Source of the DNA: Chiloscyllium plagiosum
Lineage: Eukaryota
Direction of reading: 5' to 3'
NCBI RefSeq assembly: GCF_004010195.1
Contig: NC_057760.1
Span: 2,611,176-2,631,175 of the forward strand
Length of the DNA stretch: 20,000 nt
Program-made: the position numbers and the translations under genes
Shown: positions 1-9,158 of the stretch, one piece after another
How positions within the stretch are numbered: the stretch's first letter is position 1
How the letters are laid out: each line of letters starts with the position of its first letter
Notes under the pieces: model-generated
Database searches by the model: none
What the model saw: only the letters and a program-made list of their open reading frames with translations
Told to the model about the DNA's origin: nothing

Positions 1-80
1 TGTCGTGCACAAGAATGCACAAATCCCTCTGTGCTGCATTTTTTGGAGTCTGTCTCCATTAAATAATAGCTTGCCTATTC
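1..80 (-). mobile_element. Decayed CR1-group LINE ORF2 fragment, running off the window start
   Basis: 'caaatccctctgtgctgca...tctccattaaataata' resembles, from recall, the antisense of the shark CR1 segment downstream of the RT domain. Short and diverged. Confidence 0.5.
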
Positions 81-149
81 TGTAAAGAAACTTTGGAGCC
101 CTCAAAAGAAAATATTTTATACCTTGCTGAATATGTTTGAGCTTGGGAA

Positions 150-356
150 CATAGAAGGCTCTGAGGGAGCTTTTCAGGCTCAACACAGGATGTTTCCTAC
201 ATTTGGGAACACTTAAGACAGTCTCAGGATAAGTTGCCAAGATGAGGGGCAATTTCATCAGAGTTGTGGGTTGATTTGTAGACTTAAAGCTGAGGCAAAG
301 AATTTTAATATCAAGGCCTATGGGAAACAGGATGGGAAAGTAGACTTGAGGCAGAA
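150..356 (+). mobile_element. CR1 LINE 3' region, family B, left part (continues at ~1976)
   Basis: 'tatgggaaacaggatgggaaagtagacttgagg' parallels 'tatggggaaaagacaggaaagtggagttgagg' at ~5987-6018 in the second family-B copy. Confidence 0.65.
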
Positions 357-373
357 GGGAAAGTAGACTTGAG

Positions 374-524
374 CACAGGAGTTGGAATGTCATGTTACAG
401 CTGTATAAAACCTTGGTAAAGCCACATTTGGAGCACTGCATTACAAATCTGGTCAAGCTGCCACAGGAAGGATAATATTAAACTGGAAAGGTGTAGAAAA
501 GACTTACAAGGATGTTACCATGAC
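374..524 (+). mobile_element. HER1-type CR1 LINE (family A), older copy, left part
   Basis: Colinear with 840-990 of the younger copy ('agttggaa..tc.tgtt.cagctgtata' through 'ttacaaggatgtt.cca'). It breaks at the RMLPG-coding point and resumes at ~1423. Confidence 0.8.
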
Positions 525-1422
525 TCAGTTTGCAGATGACCCCAAAATTGGAGGTGTAGTGGACAGCAAAGAAGGTTACCTCAGAGTACAACAGGACTTT
601 GGTCAGCTGGACCAATGGGCCGAAGAGTGATAGATGGAGTTTAATTTAAATGTGAGGTGCTGTGTTTTGGAAAGACAAGTCAAGGCAGGACTTATACACT
701 TAATGTTAAGGTCCTGGGGAATGTTGCTGAACAAGCACACCTCTGAGTTCAGGTTCATCCTTCCTTGAAAGTGGAGTCGCAGGTAATCAAGTTAGTGAAG
801 GTGTTTGGTATGCTTGCTTTTATTGTTCAGTGCATTGAATATAGCAGTTGGAAGGTCGTGTTGCAGCTGTATAGGACATTGGTTAGGCTACTGTTGGAGT
901 ACTGTGTTCAATTCTGGTCTCTCTGCTACAGGAAGGATGTTGTGAAAGTTGAAAGGGTTCAGGAAAGATTTACAAGGATGTTGCCAGGGTTGGAGAGATG
1001 AACTATAGGAAGAGGCTGAATAAGTCGTGGGGCTGTTTTCCCTGGACCGTCAGAGGCTGAGAGGTGACCTTATAGAGGTTTATAAAATGAGGGGCATGGA
1101 CAGGGTGAATAGGCAAGTCTTTTCCTTGGGGTAGGGGAGTCCAAAACTAGAGGGCATAGGTTTAAAGTGAGAGGGGAAAGATTTATAAGGGACCTGAGGG
1201 GCAATGTCTTCTCGCAGAGACTGGTGTATGTATGGAATGAGCTGCCAGAGGAAGTGGTGGAGGCTGGTACAATTACAACACTTATAAGGCATCTGGATGG
1301 GTATATGGATAGGAAGGGTTTTGAGGGATAGGGGTCAAATGCTGGCAGATGGGACTAGATTCGGTTGGGATATCTGGTTGGCATGGGCAAGTTGGACTGA
1401 CAGGCCTGTTCCTGTGCTGTAT
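525..1422 (+). mobile_element. 5'-truncated HER1-type CR1 LINE (family A), younger copy, ORF2 disrupted
   Basis: Begins at the RT catalytic motif FADD (tttgcagatgac, 529-540). ORF 765-1001 encodes LYRTLVRLLLEYCVQFWS...ERVQERFTRMLPGLE, a typical CR1 ORF2 C-terminal region. Has stops and frameshifts. 3' end 'ggcctgttcctgtgctgtat'. Homologous to 19371-20000 (-). Confidence 0.93.
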
Positions 1423-1969
1423 AACAGAAAGGTTTGAATGGTAAGGAGAGGTTGAAGAGACATATGACTTTGTTTCCTGTGGTGTAGGAGACTGAGGGGT
1501 GACCTCAAAATCATGAGGGGCATGGAAAGGATGAATAGACAAGGTGGGGAAATCTAAAATTAGAGGGCATAGTTTTAAGGTGAGAGGCGAAGATTGAAAA
1601 CGGACCTGGGGGCAACTTTTTCCACGCATAGGTTGATGCATAAATGGAGTGAGGTGTTGGAGGAAGTTGGGGAAATCTAAAATTAGAGGGCATAGTTTTA
1701 AGGTGAGAGGCGAAGATTGAAAAGGGACCTGGGGGCAACTTTTTCGAACGCATAGGTTGATGCATAAATGGAGTGAGGTGTTGGAGGAAGTCAGAGGTGG
1801 GTACAAATACAACCTTCAAAAGACATTTGGGTAGTTACATGGATAGTAAAAGAGTATAGGGACATGGGCCAAAAACAGGCAAATAGGACCTGTTCAGTTT
1901 AAGAAACCTAGTCAACATGGACAAGTTCGGCCAAAGGGCCTCTTATTGTGCTGTATACCTCTGACTGTA
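1423..1969 (+). mobile_element. HER1-type CR1 LINE (family A), older copy, right part with 3' tail
   Basis: Colinear with 990-1420 ('gactgaggggtgacct', 'agagggcatag.tttaa.gtgagagg', tail 'gggcctcttattgtgctgtatacctctgact'). Contains an internal tandem duplication. Confidence 0.85.
1545..1791 (+). repeat. Two-copy tandem duplication, 123/124 bp unit
   Basis: Copies 1545-1667 and 1668-1791 differ only at gaaaacgg/gaaaaggg and ttccacg/ttcgaacg. The repeat is also visible as duplicated peptides in ORFs 1282-1812 and 1511-1819. Confidence 0.97.
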
Positions 1970-1975
1970 AGAGGG

Positions 1976-2045
1976 GCCATGATTTGAATTGAATGGCAGC
2001 AATTTTCTGGGGTGGTTAAATGGTCCACTTGTCCTATTTCATAAA
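1976..2045 (+). mobile_element. CR1 family B 3' tail, continuation of 150-356
   Basis: 'gccatgatttgaattgaatggc...aaatggtccacttgtcctatttc' is the tail expected after 'gttgaggcagaag' in this family (recall). It loosely parallels 6030-6100. Confidence 0.6.
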
Positions 2046-2313
2046 TTTGTGATTTTTCTTTGAACACAGGGCTGTCTGGATTTAAGTAGATGCAATGTAT
2101 ATTGGTCTTAAAATCAAAAGTTTACTTTATTTGGTGAATTGGTAACAAGGTATAGCAGATTTTAAATCGAAATTGTGTTAAAGATATATTTCCTTTTCAC
2201 ATGTAATTGAGCATGGATTATTTACAGCAATTACAAATGAATATGGACACCAAGATTTAAATGGAAAGAGGATAAAAACTTTAAAAGGAAGCATACAAAA
2301 ATTATCGGGGAAT

Positions 2314-2550
2314 GGCCGACTGTCTGTGTGGAGTTTGCACATTTTCCCCGTGTCTCTCTCGGTCTCCTCCCACAGTCCAAAGATGTGTCTGCGAAATTGC
2401 CTGTAGTGTCCAGGGATGTTCAGGCGAGGTGGATTAGCCATGGGAACTGTAAGGTTACAGGGATTGAGTGGGTTTGGATGGGATGCTCGTCAGAGGGTTG
2501 CTGTGGAGTCCATGGGCTGAATCGCCTGCTTCTGCACTAGGAATTCTGTA
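2314..2550 (+). mobile_element. HE1/V-SINE-type SINE, 5'-truncated
   Basis: The 27-mer cgactgtctgtgtggagtttgcacatt (2317-2343) is identical to 16374-16400. It is followed by the 'cctcccacagtccaaagatgtg' core and a CR1-like tail. Confidence 0.9.
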
Positions 2551-5224
2551 AGATGGTTTCACTTGAACAGCTAGAACTAATGCAGGTATGGTTTGTGAAA
2601 GAGTCTTGTGAGATGTACTTTGAAATTATCAGAGAGCTGACCAGTTGACTTTTTTTTCTCAAGGCATTGTCTGAGAAGAATTTTGTGACTAAAATTTCTG
2701 TTTTCCTTATTCTGGGATAGCAATGTATTAATGTTACCTTTGCAACTTTGACACAATAACCACACTGCATTATTTCAAATTCGTGAGGTGCACAAGAAAA
2801 CCCATCAAGTTGCAAATGTTGTTAGTCATTGTTCTGTTCTGTCTTCTCCTAGTGATGTACAATTTTGTCTTTACAAATGCTAAATTTATCTTAGTGACGA
2901 TTGGTTATCTCACTTGTTGGACACCAGATTTAGTTTTGAATGATTTCCTAGAGTATACGAGTTATTTCAAAGTATTTGTTAGTAATCAGTGAGTTGTCTA
3001 TAACTGAGTGTATGTTTGTTTTTGTTGTCCTACGCATATCTCACTTTATTTTGTAATCCTTCACTGATAAATTCAGCAAGGAGAATCTGGTTGAAACAAT
3101 GCCAAAATCGTTATAATAGAAGATCCATTGTGTAGGGGAGATGCTGGAGGCAGCATTAGAATAAAAATACTACAGCGAATTTTTACTATTTTTAGGAAGT
3201 TATCCATCCTTTTAAGTTGTGCTTCATACATAACTATTCTTTACGTAAGGAAGGGATTCAAGCTGATAAGCTAGAAGCGTTGTTGGTTGAGATTTGTGAT
3301 TTGAAGAGGGAATGAAATTTTCTTCCCCCTCTGGATTGCCTCTGTTTGTTTCTGTTATCCACATCACGATTCACTTCCATAATCAGTGTTCACTTGTGGC
3401 TGGAAAGTAGAAATATTTATTTCCAATTGTGTGATATTTGAACAAAAGCAAGATGAGAAAATCTTGTGTAGCTGTTTTCCCTCACAAAGCTCTCTGGAAC
3501 ATTGTCTCTTTTTTTTCCATTGTACCCAAAATGTAAATTGTGCAATGGTTTGAATGTAGTGTTTAAACATAACTTATTCTGAAATTAACATAGATTGATT
3601 ATCAAACCAAAAGGCACCTGGATAAGTACTATTTTGTCACTGGTGTTTCAATGACTGCAATGGTGAAACTGTGTATATTTGTTCTGCAACTTGTACGGTA
3701 GGACAAATTTTGGAAGTAAACAACAAAATGGAAATATGTATTATCCGCATTTCAATGGTGATGAGCATTCTGCAATAGTTATTGGTCCTGTCATTTCAAA
3801 CATTCATTGTTACAGACCATTTTGACCACTAGGTTAGTGTGCTGAGGTTATGGTCTGTTACTATAATCTTGCTAGTGCACACTCATAATTCCTCCCATGG
3901 CCCTCCAGCATAAATGCTCATCTACAAATGAGACATGAAACAAGAGCATGACAGACAAAAGGTGTAGTTTCACTCTTCCTCAGCTATTGGTTAAACATTC
4001 TCATCCCAACTGAATGGAATCTTGTTGCTTTCAAGTCCAATATAAATATTGAATGAAGTGGTTTTCAGTGTATCTTTACAAGAAAGTAAATTGCTTTTGA
4101 AATATAATAAATGCAAGAGTATGTGGGTCAGCTGTTATCATTGGTCTTTCTTGGACAGTTTCCTATGGGATTGCCCCCACTTGTCAGATTGAATCTAGTT
4201 AATGTGGTATTTAGTGTAGGTAGACAGATGACTCATTAGTGGTTTGTTGATTCTCTTGATAGTGTTGTGTGCTGAAATAATAGACACCGGAAATGATTGA
4301 CCTGCTAGTTGACTGGTTGTTCAACAGAGACCCAGGAAATTCTTTTAGGACTGGATCAATGTTAGATGATGAGTTACTATAAACAGGGTGACCTGTCTGT
4401 TTGTATAAGTAAGCAGAAGTGGTTTAGAGTAGCACATACTCATTGAATTGCTCAGAGTCCTGTATTGAATCCCTGTATAAACAACTTTCTTTAAGAAAAG
4501 GAAATAGTTTGGTAAAGTTTCCAGTAGTTTTTAGTGTTTTTCTTTTCCTCTGCTTTGCTTTGAAGTTGCTGAAGTTCTGCTCTGATTTGGCAATTCTGGG
4601 GTAGTTTGCATGTCATTTTCCAACTTCAGACAATTTTGCTGGTGGACACTGCTTTAATGAATCCGTCCTTCCTATTGCCATACATTTATTCTTGCTCATG
4701 TGGGCCCTTAGATTGAGATATTTAAATTGAGACATGCTAGTTAGCAACTGTCTCTGGGATTTTTGGAACACTCTAGGCTTTTGTAACATTGAATCTCTTA
4801 CCTCTTCCATGGTCAACTCCAATTTTCTTTGGAAAAGTTAAACATTTGCATGTGTTGGTGAGCATCAGTGCAGTTCTTGAGTATACATGCATGCCCAGCC
4901 AACTTCAAAATGCTGTATAGTTGAATAAATTTATGGTTAAGAATTCTGGAAAGTAGGCCAATATTCAGCCTTTATTTTAAAGTCACCTATTCTTTTGTCT
5001 GTAATTGTGATATGAGTAGACTATAAATCAAGTGTTTACTGAATTTTTAGCAGCTTGTGTAGGTGTTTCACTAGTCAAGTTTCATGTCATGCTTGAAAAA
5101 TAAGCATAGCTATTTGATAAGTTGCATGTGAAAAAGCTAAATTGGTCTGACTCCTGGTTATTGATAGAAATTGAAATAATCAGCAAAGTGATATCCTAGG
5201 CTGCATCACGTGAGGTCGAGGGTT

Positions 5225-5345
5225 AAAGGCTGAGTCCCCTGGACCTAATGGCATTGATACACTGGTATTAGATGCTGTACAGACTTTGGAGACAGTCCAG
5301 AGAAAGTTCACTAGGCTGACAAAGGGTTTGGAAGAACTGCCTTAT
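5225..5345 (+). mobile_element. CR1 family B fragment, left part, internally deleted
   Basis: 'agtcccctggacctaatggcatt' (SPGP-GI-like) and 'ttggagacagtccagagaaagttcactaggctg' (LETVQRKFTRL). Continues at 5675 with 'atgaggagagattg'. Confidence 0.7.
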
Positions 5346-5674
5346 TTTTTATTCACTCATGGGATGAGGACATTGCTGGCTAGGCCAGAATTGCTCAGAG
5401 GGTAGTTAAGAGTCAATTACATGGCTGTGGATCTGGAGTCACATGTAGGCCTGATCAGGTAAGGATGACCGTTTGCTTCCCTGAAGGACTTTAATGAACC
5501 AGATGGGTTTTTCCAACAATGAATTCCTGCTCATCATTAGATCCTTAATTCCAGATTTTTTGTTGAATTCAAATTCCACCATCTGCTGTGGCAAGGTTTG
5601 AACCTGGGTCTTCAGAACATGACCTGGGTGTCTGGATTAACAGCCAAGTGATAGCACTAGGCCATTGCCACCCC
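5346..5674 (-). mobile_element. tRNA-headed SINE with a family-C LINE tail, inserted into a CR1
   Basis: The minus strand shows A-box-like TGGCCTAGTG (5664-5655), B-box GGTTCAAACC (5604-5595), and a 3' end 'ctggcctagccagcaatgtcctcatcccatgagtgaataaaaaa' matching the LINE tail at 9108-9155. The flanks rejoin as a continuous CR1. Confidence 0.85.
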
Positions 5675-6101
5675 ATGAGGAGAGATTGATTAGATTGAGC
5701 CTGCATACAGGGAGCTCTTAAGAATAAGGTGAAATACACAAGATTAACAGGGTGCTTAACAGGGTAAATGCAGAAAGGTGTTTCCCCTCGTGGGAGAATC
5801 TAGTACCCAGAGAGTATAATCTCCGAATAAAGGTTCACCCATTTAAGAACAAGATGAAGAGGAGTTTCTTTACTTGGAGGGTAGTGACTCTGTAGAATTC
5901 TTGATTACAGAGGGTTGTCAGCACTGGGTCATTGAGCATACTCAATGTGATGGGAGTTTTTTTTAATCAGTAAAGGAATCTAAGGTTATGGGGAAAAGAC
6001 AGGAAAGTGGAGTTGAGGGTTATCAGGTTAGACGTGATCTATTTAAAATCAGAGTGGGCCCAATGGGCTGGGCGGCCTACTTCTGTTCTTGCGCCTTATG
6101 G
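5675..6101 (+). mobile_element. CR1 family B 3' region, right part with tail
   Basis: 'gtttcccctcgtgggagaatctag', 'ccatttaagaacaagatgaagaggagtttcttt', 'ggaaagtggagttgagg', then tail 'ggcctacttctgttcttgcgccttatgg'. Confidence 0.8.
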
Positions 6102-6350
6102 ATCAAGCAGCATTTGCAAAGGAGTAACCTGCTCAGTTTGGATTCTGCAAGGATGTCTCAACACCTGACCTCATTACACCATGTTCTGAATTTGGATAAA
6201 CGTGGTTGAACTCCAAGGGTTAGGTGAGAATGAATGCATGTCATCAAGACAGCACTGTACAGCATTAAGGAACACTTAGCAAAGCTGGAGGAGTTAGGAA
6301 TTAGGTAAACTCTCCAGTGATTTGAGTCATACCTTTGCATAAAGGAAGAT
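6102..6350 (+). mobile_element. CR1/L2-group LINE family C, RT domain piece 1
   Basis: 'gctcagtttggattc' (AQFGF), 'cctgacctcattaca' and 'gagtcatacc...aaaggaagat'. Homologous to the antisense copy at 12410-12860 ('tgtaatgaggtcag'). Confidence 0.75.
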
Positions 6351-6496
6351 TTTTTTTACTCATTGAGATTTAGGCATTACTGGCTGGCCAGTGTTTATTG
6401 CCTATCTCTAGTTGCTCTCGAGAAGGTGGTGTTGAGCTGTCTGCTTGAACTGCTGATCATTTGATAGCTCTACCCACAATGCTGTTTGGGAAAGAA
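6351..6496 (-). mobile_element. Family C LINE 3' end, antisense
   Basis: The reverse complement reads 'aacagcattgtgggt...agcagttcaagcagacagctcaacaccaccttctcgagagcaactagagataggcaataaacactggcc', matching 19283-19345 and 9020-9150. Confidence 0.85.
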
Positions 6497-6600
6497 TTCT
6501 TTCCCAAAGTGAACTGCAGTAGTTAAAGGTGGCTGCTAACCTTACCACCTCCGAGGGCAGATATGTACAATATCCCATGAATGAGTTTTATTAAAATAAG
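6497..6600 (+). mobile_element. Family C LINE 3' end, sense, head-to-head with 6351-6496
   Basis: 'actgcagtagttaaagg...accacctccgagggca...atcccatgaatga' is the same tail with deletions. Confidence 0.7.
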
Positions 6601-6604
6601 CATG

Positions 6605-6730
6605 CTTTGTTTTTTCCCTACAGTTGTAGTTTGCTAGTTCTCCTTTATATCAAAACTGCTCAAATCTGCCTTGATGTTATGGGCAGTCAATCTTGCCTCA
6701 TCCTTTGGAGTTCATCTCTTGTCCATGTTT
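6605..6730 (-). mobile_element. Family C RT fragment, antisense, homologous to 6185-6310
   Basis: Exact inverted anchors: 6705-6714/6207-6216, 6670-6676/6242-6248 and 6630-6636/6277-6283. Also matches 12455-12485 ('tcaaat...ccttgatgtt..gggcagt'). Confidence 0.75.
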
Positions 6731-6911
6731 ATGGTTTTTGGAGTTGAATTATCTCAGTTTCAGGGCATCTCTGTTGGATTTCCTTAGGGTGATGCCCTGG
6801 GTACACCTATTCTTCTTCATTAATGACTCTATCACAGTGTCAGATGTGAGGATGTTTGCTGATTGCACAATATTCGTGATCTCTCGGATGCTGAAGCAGT
6901 CTGTCCATATA
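6731..6911 (+). mobile_element. Family C LINE RT domain piece 2
   Basis: Degenerate GVPQGSVLGP coding ('ggatttccttagggtgatgccctgggt'), then 'ttcattaatgac' (FIND) and 'atgtttgctgattgc' (MFADC, i.e. FADD missing one Asp codon). Confidence 0.75.
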
Positions 6912-7539
6912 CAGAGGAACCTCAGTTATCCGAACGAGTTGGGCGGACAGTATTTTGTTTGGATAATTGATTATTTGGTTAACTGATTCAATGTCTCTCC
7001 TCTCCAACTCAGTTTTTGGAAGTTTCCATTTCCTCACTCTGCCTACCTTGCTCACCCTCTCTGTCTCAGGGTTTGCTTCTGAGCAGAGACGCACTTCTGT
7101 GCGTAAGGGACCTGCAGCATTGCAGAAGCTCCCTGAAGCGCTCTTCCCCTCCACCACCCCCGCCCCCACCGCTGCTTCACTTCAATGGGATTGGCAGAAT
7201 GATCACTTGCTATGACTGCTCCCCATTCAGGAGACTTGGCGGCAGCAACACACTTCGCAATGCCCGCCCGCCCCACCCCCACAATGGAGGTACAGGACAA
7301 TGTTGGAGCATTTATGTGGGGGGGGGTTAGGCTGCACCCCTGTGTAAAACTCCAGGGAAAGTGTGGGAAGAGAGCCAGGGTGAGCAGTCAGTCATTTGGG
7401 GACGGTGCTTGGGCTCTCATTAATTTCCAGGACTGTTCTCTGCAGCATTTCAGTAAGCCGAATTAGTGTTGGCAACATGACTCAATCATTATTGGTAACA
7501 ACTCGGATTATCGATGTTGGGGTGATCGAGATTCCTCTG
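6912..7539. mobile_element. Non-autonomous pogo/Tigger-type (Tc1/mariner superfamily) DNA transposon, 628 bp MITE
   Basis: Left TIR cagaggaacctcagttatccgaac versus right TIR (reverse complement) cagaggaatctcgatcaccccaac: 18/24 identical, terminal 8 perfect. TA on both sides (6910-6911, 7540-7541). The flanks rejoin as a continuous LINE. No transposase ORF. Confidence 0.88.
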
Positions 7540-7992
7540 TATAGCAAGACTTGACAATATCTAGGCTTGGGTTAATTTACATCAAAGCACTGGGAAATTG
7601 CCATCCTTGAGAAGAGAAAATCTAATTGTAACACCATCGAACATCAAGGGACAATCACTGAATCCCTCACTCTGAAAATCTGGGTTTATCATTGTCCAGA
7701 AACTGAACTGGACCAGGTATTTAAACACCATGGTAACAAAACCAAATCATAGGCTTGGAATTCTGCAGTGAGTAACTTGTCCTCTGTCTCCCCAGTGCCT
7801 GTCACCATCTACAAGTCAAGGGTAAAACAGAATATTTTCCACTTGTATGGATGACTACAGCTCCAACGACACTTTAGCTCAATCCTATCTAGGGCAAAAG
7901 CACATCTCTTGATGGGCTTGCAATTCAGCACCTTCAACATTCACTCTCTCAACCATTGCACAGTGACAACAGTGTCTATCATCTATAAGAAC
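7540..7992 (+). mobile_element. Family C LINE piece 3, post-RT region
   Basis: 'gcaagacttgacaatatctaggcttggg', 'ccagaaactgaactggaccag', 'caccatctacaag' and 'tggatgactacagctccaacgacact'. Homologous to 8680-8850 and 19000-19060. Confidence 0.8.
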
Positions 7993-8371
7993 TCTCAAAA
8001 TCACCACCTTCCTGGCCAAGATCTTATTCCTTCCTAATCTGGTATGTTTTTGAGCTATTGTTCATTTTGTTAAGTTACCTTGTTTTAATATTTCAGTCCT
8101 AATACACCCATCTGATTGTCTACTGTGTGAATTTTCTTGGTGTCCCTACAGATGGTTTTTGTTTTCCCCATCAATTTTTTAAATTGAATCATCACTGTTT
8201 CTGTAATTTTTGGTTGTGTGTATAAATTGGTTCTGTAAATGAGAATTATCGCCTACGTGGAATAATTCTGCGCCATTATCCATGGTTCAGCGCTGCTTTA
8301 CAGCTGCATGTGCATTGGGACTTGCATTGTTGGATAAGGCCAAAAGTTGTTGAGAATAAAATTGTAAGATT

Positions 8372-8435
8372 CTATCCTGCAGTCTGTTCTGCTACCCTGA
8401 TGTACTTGTGTAGTATGATCTGCCTGTAAAATGCA
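8372..8435 (+). mobile_element. Possible short 3'-UTR remnant of a Rex1/Babar-like LINE
   Basis: 'ctgttctgctaccctgatgtacttgtgtagtatgatctgcctgta' resembles a common shark repeat tail (recall only). No second copy in the window. Confidence 0.35.
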
Positions 8436-8676
8436 AATATCAGCTGGGATCTAGGGATTATTGACCGGGACATAACGTATGAGACCTTGTTCTCATCACC
8501 CCAACTCTGGTATTCTAAAACCCCGTAGACAAAGTTTCTCTTTCGTGTGGTTAAGTAACTTTTGTAGTCAATCACAAATGAGACTTGTTTTATTTGGAGT
8601 AGTAAATTGCAAGTTTACAGCATCGATAAAACAAAAATGATTTTTAAAAAAGTTTTCTAGCCAGAACTGGGTTTGT

Positions 8677-9158
8677 GCCATCTGGAAGACACATGTCAAG
8701 AATGTATTGAAATGCTCCCCACTAGTCTGGATGAGCAAAGCTGTGACAATACTGAAGAAACTAACCCCGTGATTGGTACTGCTCACACCGTCTTCAACAT
8801 TGCCTACGTCTATCACTGATGCACAGTGGCCCCCATTTGTACCGTCTGCAAAATGCACTACTCACCAAACTCCTTTTGATAGCACCATCCAAACCTGTGA
8901 CTACCTCGACCTAGAAGAACAAGGGCAGCAGATAACTTGCAAGCTCCTCTGCAAGACAATCACCTTTCTGACTTGGAAATCTATCACCATCCCAACAATG
9001 TTACTGGGTCAGAATCCTTAAACAACATTGTGTGTACCTGGACTGCAGCAGATTAAGAGGCAGTGTGTTGCCATCTTCCCCAGGATAATTGGGGATGGGG
9101 ATGAAATGCTGGCTTTGCCAGCAAGGCCCACATCCTGTGAATGATTTTTTAAAAATAA
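8677..9158 (+). mobile_element. Family C LINE 3' end with tail
   Basis: 'agcaccatccaaacc...cctagaagaacaagggcagcaga', 'ctgacttggaa' and tail 'gggatggggatgaaatgctggctttgccagcaaggcccacatcctgtgaatga'. Colinear with 18995-19368. Confidence 0.85.

Noticed and set aside
1282..1819. ORFs with internal peptide repeats (176 aa and 102 aa)
   Set aside because: They are antisense translations of a CR1 containing the 123 bp tandem duplication.
3799..3820. miR-181-like start (aacattcattgtt); similarly miR-15/16-like tagcagcac near 11205
   Set aside because: The match stops after the 5' part and no complementary hairpin arm is present.
6605..6911. L1-style twin-priming 5' inversion
   Set aside because: The sense LINE also continues upstream (6102-6350) and the inverted piece duplicates it, which twin priming does not produce.
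6840..7466. Several overlapping 80-110 aa ORFs as a transposase or captured gene
   Set aside because: No HTH or DDD/DDE motif recognised. The open frames are explained by high GC content.
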